Assembly: GCA_039190745.1 (NCBI GenBank)
Contig: JBCCXZ010000002.1
Coordinates: forward strand, 76,508-140,507
Source of the DNA: Planctomycetota bacterium
GTDB taxonomy: Bacteria; Planctomycetota; Planctomycetia; Pirellulales; Lacipirellulaceae
Length of the DNA: 64,000 nucleotides
Direction: 5' to 3'
Position 1 is the stretch's first letter, and the number at the start of each line of letters is the position of its first letter. A program made the translations under genes and the position numbers. Below the pieces are notes generated by a model. That model did not search any database. It was given only the letters and a program-made list of their open reading frames with translations, and was not told the origin of the DNA. Below are positions 61,582 to 64,000 of this stretch, piece by piece.

Positions 61582-63861
61582 ATGGCGAATCAAGACCCCG
61601 GAATGTCCGGCTCCCAGATCATGTACCCCGTGCCGGTTTCCCCCGACACGAGCACCGGCATGATCCCGGCTCAGCCGATGGCGATGCCTCCCCAGGGTTA
61701 CGGCATGGGGGCCCCCCGCGGCCCCGAAATCCTGCACGGGAGCTTCAACCAGACCTGGCTGATGAACTGCCTGCGGCGTCGTTGGCTGCTCGCTCTCTGC
61801 CTGGGCGTACTCGCCACCGCCGCAACCGCGGCTGTCTTGCTGCTGCTGTTCCCTGAGTCGTCCAAGGTGACCGCCTACCTGCAGGTGCAGAGTAAGCCGG
61901 CCGAGAAGCTCTTCGGGCAGCAGCAACGCATGTCCCACCAAGAGTTCGAGATCTTCCAGCAGACGCAGCTCGCCTTGCTGAAAAGCCATTTCGTGCTGCA
62001 AACCGCACTCGGCCGTTCCGACGTCTCGCAACTCGACGCGGTCCAGAAGGAAGAGGACGCGGTGCAGTGGCTCATCGACGAGATGAAGGTGAGCTTCCCC
62101 GGAGAGGGCGAGATCCTAGAAATCCGCTACGACGGTGAAGAGAACCCCGAGGAGCTGCTCCTGGTGATCGACGCCGTGGTCGACGCGTACCAGAAAGAGG
62201 TGCTCTACAAAGAGAACGCGCGGCAGAACGAGCTGCGAGACAAGCTGATGGAGCTCCATTCGGAGGTCGAGAAAGAGCTCGCCGACAAAATGGAAGAGTA
62301 CGAGAAGCTCGTGAAGCAGATCGGCGGCATCAAGTACGACCCCACCGCCGCGACCGAGGTCAGCCTGCTGACCAAGGAAATCGGCATGGTGATGGGCGAC
62401 ATCCAGCGGACCAAGCAAGAGCTGGTCGACATCGAGGTGAACAAGACCCTCGCCCTGCAGGCGCTAACCAGCTCGGCCGCGATGGAGGCCGCCATCAGCG
62501 AGGCGCTCGAGAGCGACCCCCAGCTGGAGCAGTACGAGATCGAGCGGTTCGCGCTCGACTCGCAGCTGCGTGAGCTGACCTCCCGCAGCCGGCGAAAGAC
62601 GCCCGAGGCCAAGAACGTCGAGGCCCGCCTGCGGCAGCTCAGCGCCGAAGCCCAGCAGTACCGCATCCAGGCCGAGCAGGAATTGCGGGCCAAGATGAAA
62701 ACGGCGCCCAACGATCAGGTCGCCCAGGTGAAAACCGAGTACGTCCTCCGCCGCGGCGAGGCCCTGCAGCGGTTGCAGCAGTTCGAGGAACGGCTCGCCG
62801 AAATGAAGGAAGAGATCTCCGACATGGGCGACAGCTCCAGCAACCTCGCGATCCTCGAACGCGAGATCGAGCAAGAGCAGGAGCTCGAGCGTGAGATGGA
62901 CATGCGGATCCGCAGCTGGGACACCGAGGAGAAGGCCGGCGGCGAACGCATCCGCGTTATGCAGCGGGCGACCGCCAACGAGCAGATCAATAAGATGCAG
63001 CGGCTCGCGATCGCCGGCATCGGCGGCATGGCCGCCTTCTGTGCCACCGCTTACGGCGTCGCCCTGCTAGAGTTCCAACGCCGCCGCCTCAACGGCCCCA
63101 CCGACCTCGACGAGGGCCTCGGCATCCGCGTGCTCGGCGTCCTGCCCTCGGTCACCTCGGCCAAGTCGCTCGCCCCGGGCAACGTCACCGCCGCACAGGT
63201 CTCCGAGGCGATCGACAACGTCCGGGCCACGCTGCTGCACGACTCCGCGGCCCGAGACCGGCAGGTGATCCTGGTCACCAGCCCCGTGACCCTCGAGGGC
63301 TGCACGACTGTCTCCAGCCACTTGGCCCTCAGCCTCACCCGCGCCGGCAGACGTACGCTGCTGATCGACGGCGACCTCCGCTCGCCCTCGCTCCACAAGC
63401 TGTTCGGCATGCCGCTGGAAGACGGCCTCAGTGAAGTGCTCCGCAGCGACATCGACATCGCCGACGCGGTCAAGCCGACCAACACCGAGGGCCTGTGGCT
63501 CCTCTCGGCCGGCCACTGCGACATGGACGCCATCCACGCCCTGGCCACCGAGCAGCCCCAGCCGATCTTCGAGAAGCTCCGGGCCGAGTTCGACTACATC
63601 GTCATCGACGGCGCCCCGGTGCTCGGGCTGTCCGACACGGTTTCGCTCGGCCAACTCGTCGACGGCGCCATCCTCACCGTCCTCCGCGACCACAGCGAGA
63701 TCCGCCAGATCCACAAGGCGATCGAGATGCTCCGCGGCATGGGCGTGAAGGTGCTCGGCTCGGTCATCAACGGCGTCCGCCTCAAGAGCGACCGCCGCGT
63801 GGTGCAGATCCACAAGGCGGCGGCCCAGAAGGCCAAGCAGATTGCCTCAGAAAAGGCGTAG
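61582..63861 (+). CDS. Wzc-like polysaccharide co-polymerase with a degenerate BY-kinase domain
   Basis: Two TM helices flanking a coiled coil; LGIRVLGVLP; LVTSPVTLEGCTT; LLIDGDLRSPS; IVIDGAP. Confidence 0.88.
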   Translation: MANQDPGMSGSQIMYPVPVSPDTSTGMIPAQPMAMPPQGYGMGAPRGPEILHGSFNQTWLMNCLRRRWLLALCLGVLATAATAAVLLLLFPESSKVTAYLQVQSKPAEKLFGQQQRMSHQEFEIFQQTQLALLKSHFVLQTALGRSDVSQLDAVQKEEDAVQWLIDEMKVSFPGEGEILEIRYDGEENPEELLLVIDAVVDAYQKEVLYKENARQNELRDKLMELHSEVEKELADKMEEYEKLVKQIGGIKYDPTAATEVSLLTKEIGMVMGDIQRTKQELVDIEVNKTLALQALTSSAAMEAAISEALESDPQLEQYEIERFALDSQLRELTSRSRRKTPEAKNVEARLRQLSAEAQQYRIQAEQELRAKMKTAPNDQVAQVKTEYVLRRGEALQRLQQFEERLAEMKEEISDMGDSSSNLAILEREIEQEQELEREMDMRIRSWDTEEKAGGERIRVMQRATANEQINKMQRLAIAGIGGMAAFCATAYGVALLEFQRRRLNGPTDLDEGLGIRVLGVLPSVTSAKSLAPGNVTAAQVSEAIDNVRATLLHDSAARDRQVILVTSPVTLEGCTTVSSHLALSLTRAGRRTLLIDGDLRSPSLHKLFGMPLEDGLSEVLRSDIDIADAVKPTNTEGLWLLSAGHCDMDAIHALATEQPQPIFEKLRAEFDYIVIDGAPVLGLSDTVSLGQLVDGAILTVLRDHSEIRQIHKAIEMLRGMGVKVLGSVINGVRLKSDRRVVQIHKAAAQKAKQIASEKA

Positions 63862-63894
63862 CAAACCCGCTGAACCGGCGCATAACAGGGCGTG

Positions 63895-64000
63895 GGGGGG
63901 GGGGGGGGGGGGCGGCGGCCCGGGGGGGGGGGGGCGGGGGCGCCCCCGCCCACCCCCACACCCCCCCGCCCCACCCCCCCCCCCGCGCCCCCCCCCCCCC
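63895..64000. other. Poly-G/poly-C low-complexity tail
   Basis: Long G and C homopolymer runs at the window end. Confidence 0.8.

Noticed and set aside
63895..64000. G-rich then C-rich tract as a G-quadruplex or hairpin element
   Set aside because: Homopolymer runs at the sequence end are typical of low-quality reads or a contig end.

Overview
High-GC bacterial chromosome segment, very likely a planctomycete (Pirellulales-like). The evidence is the DUF1549/DUF1553 + DUF1501 pair, the thioredoxin-trypsin fusion and planctomycete-type palindromic intergenic repeats. Core genes: metG, hisI, ridA-like, suhB-like, ubiD-family, MBL/beta-CASP, LOG, phoA, RND pump, mtnA, ald, rplM-rpsI. Accessory or unexplained parts: (i) a translationally coupled pair of giant envelope proteins (~1100 aa and 2080 aa) that appear to form three homologous modules; (ii) a small gene bracketed exactly by inverted repeats with 9-nt periodicity, plus an apparently empty 7-nt-period element; (iii) a TlpA / FG-GAP (vicinal CC) / nDsbD thiol-redox cluster; (iv) a TPR-AAA ATPase with a TPR membrane partner; (v) an exosortase/EpsI/Wza/Wzc locus whose Wzc lacks the Walker A lysine and the tyrosine cluster; (vi) an AbrB-Doc toxin-antitoxin pair; (vii) three distinct REP-like doublets. 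No tRNA, rRNA, CRISPR array or transposase was recognised. The last ~105 bp are poly-G/C and probably an artefact. All family assignments come from motif recognition by eye, not database searches, and several start codons are my own choices.
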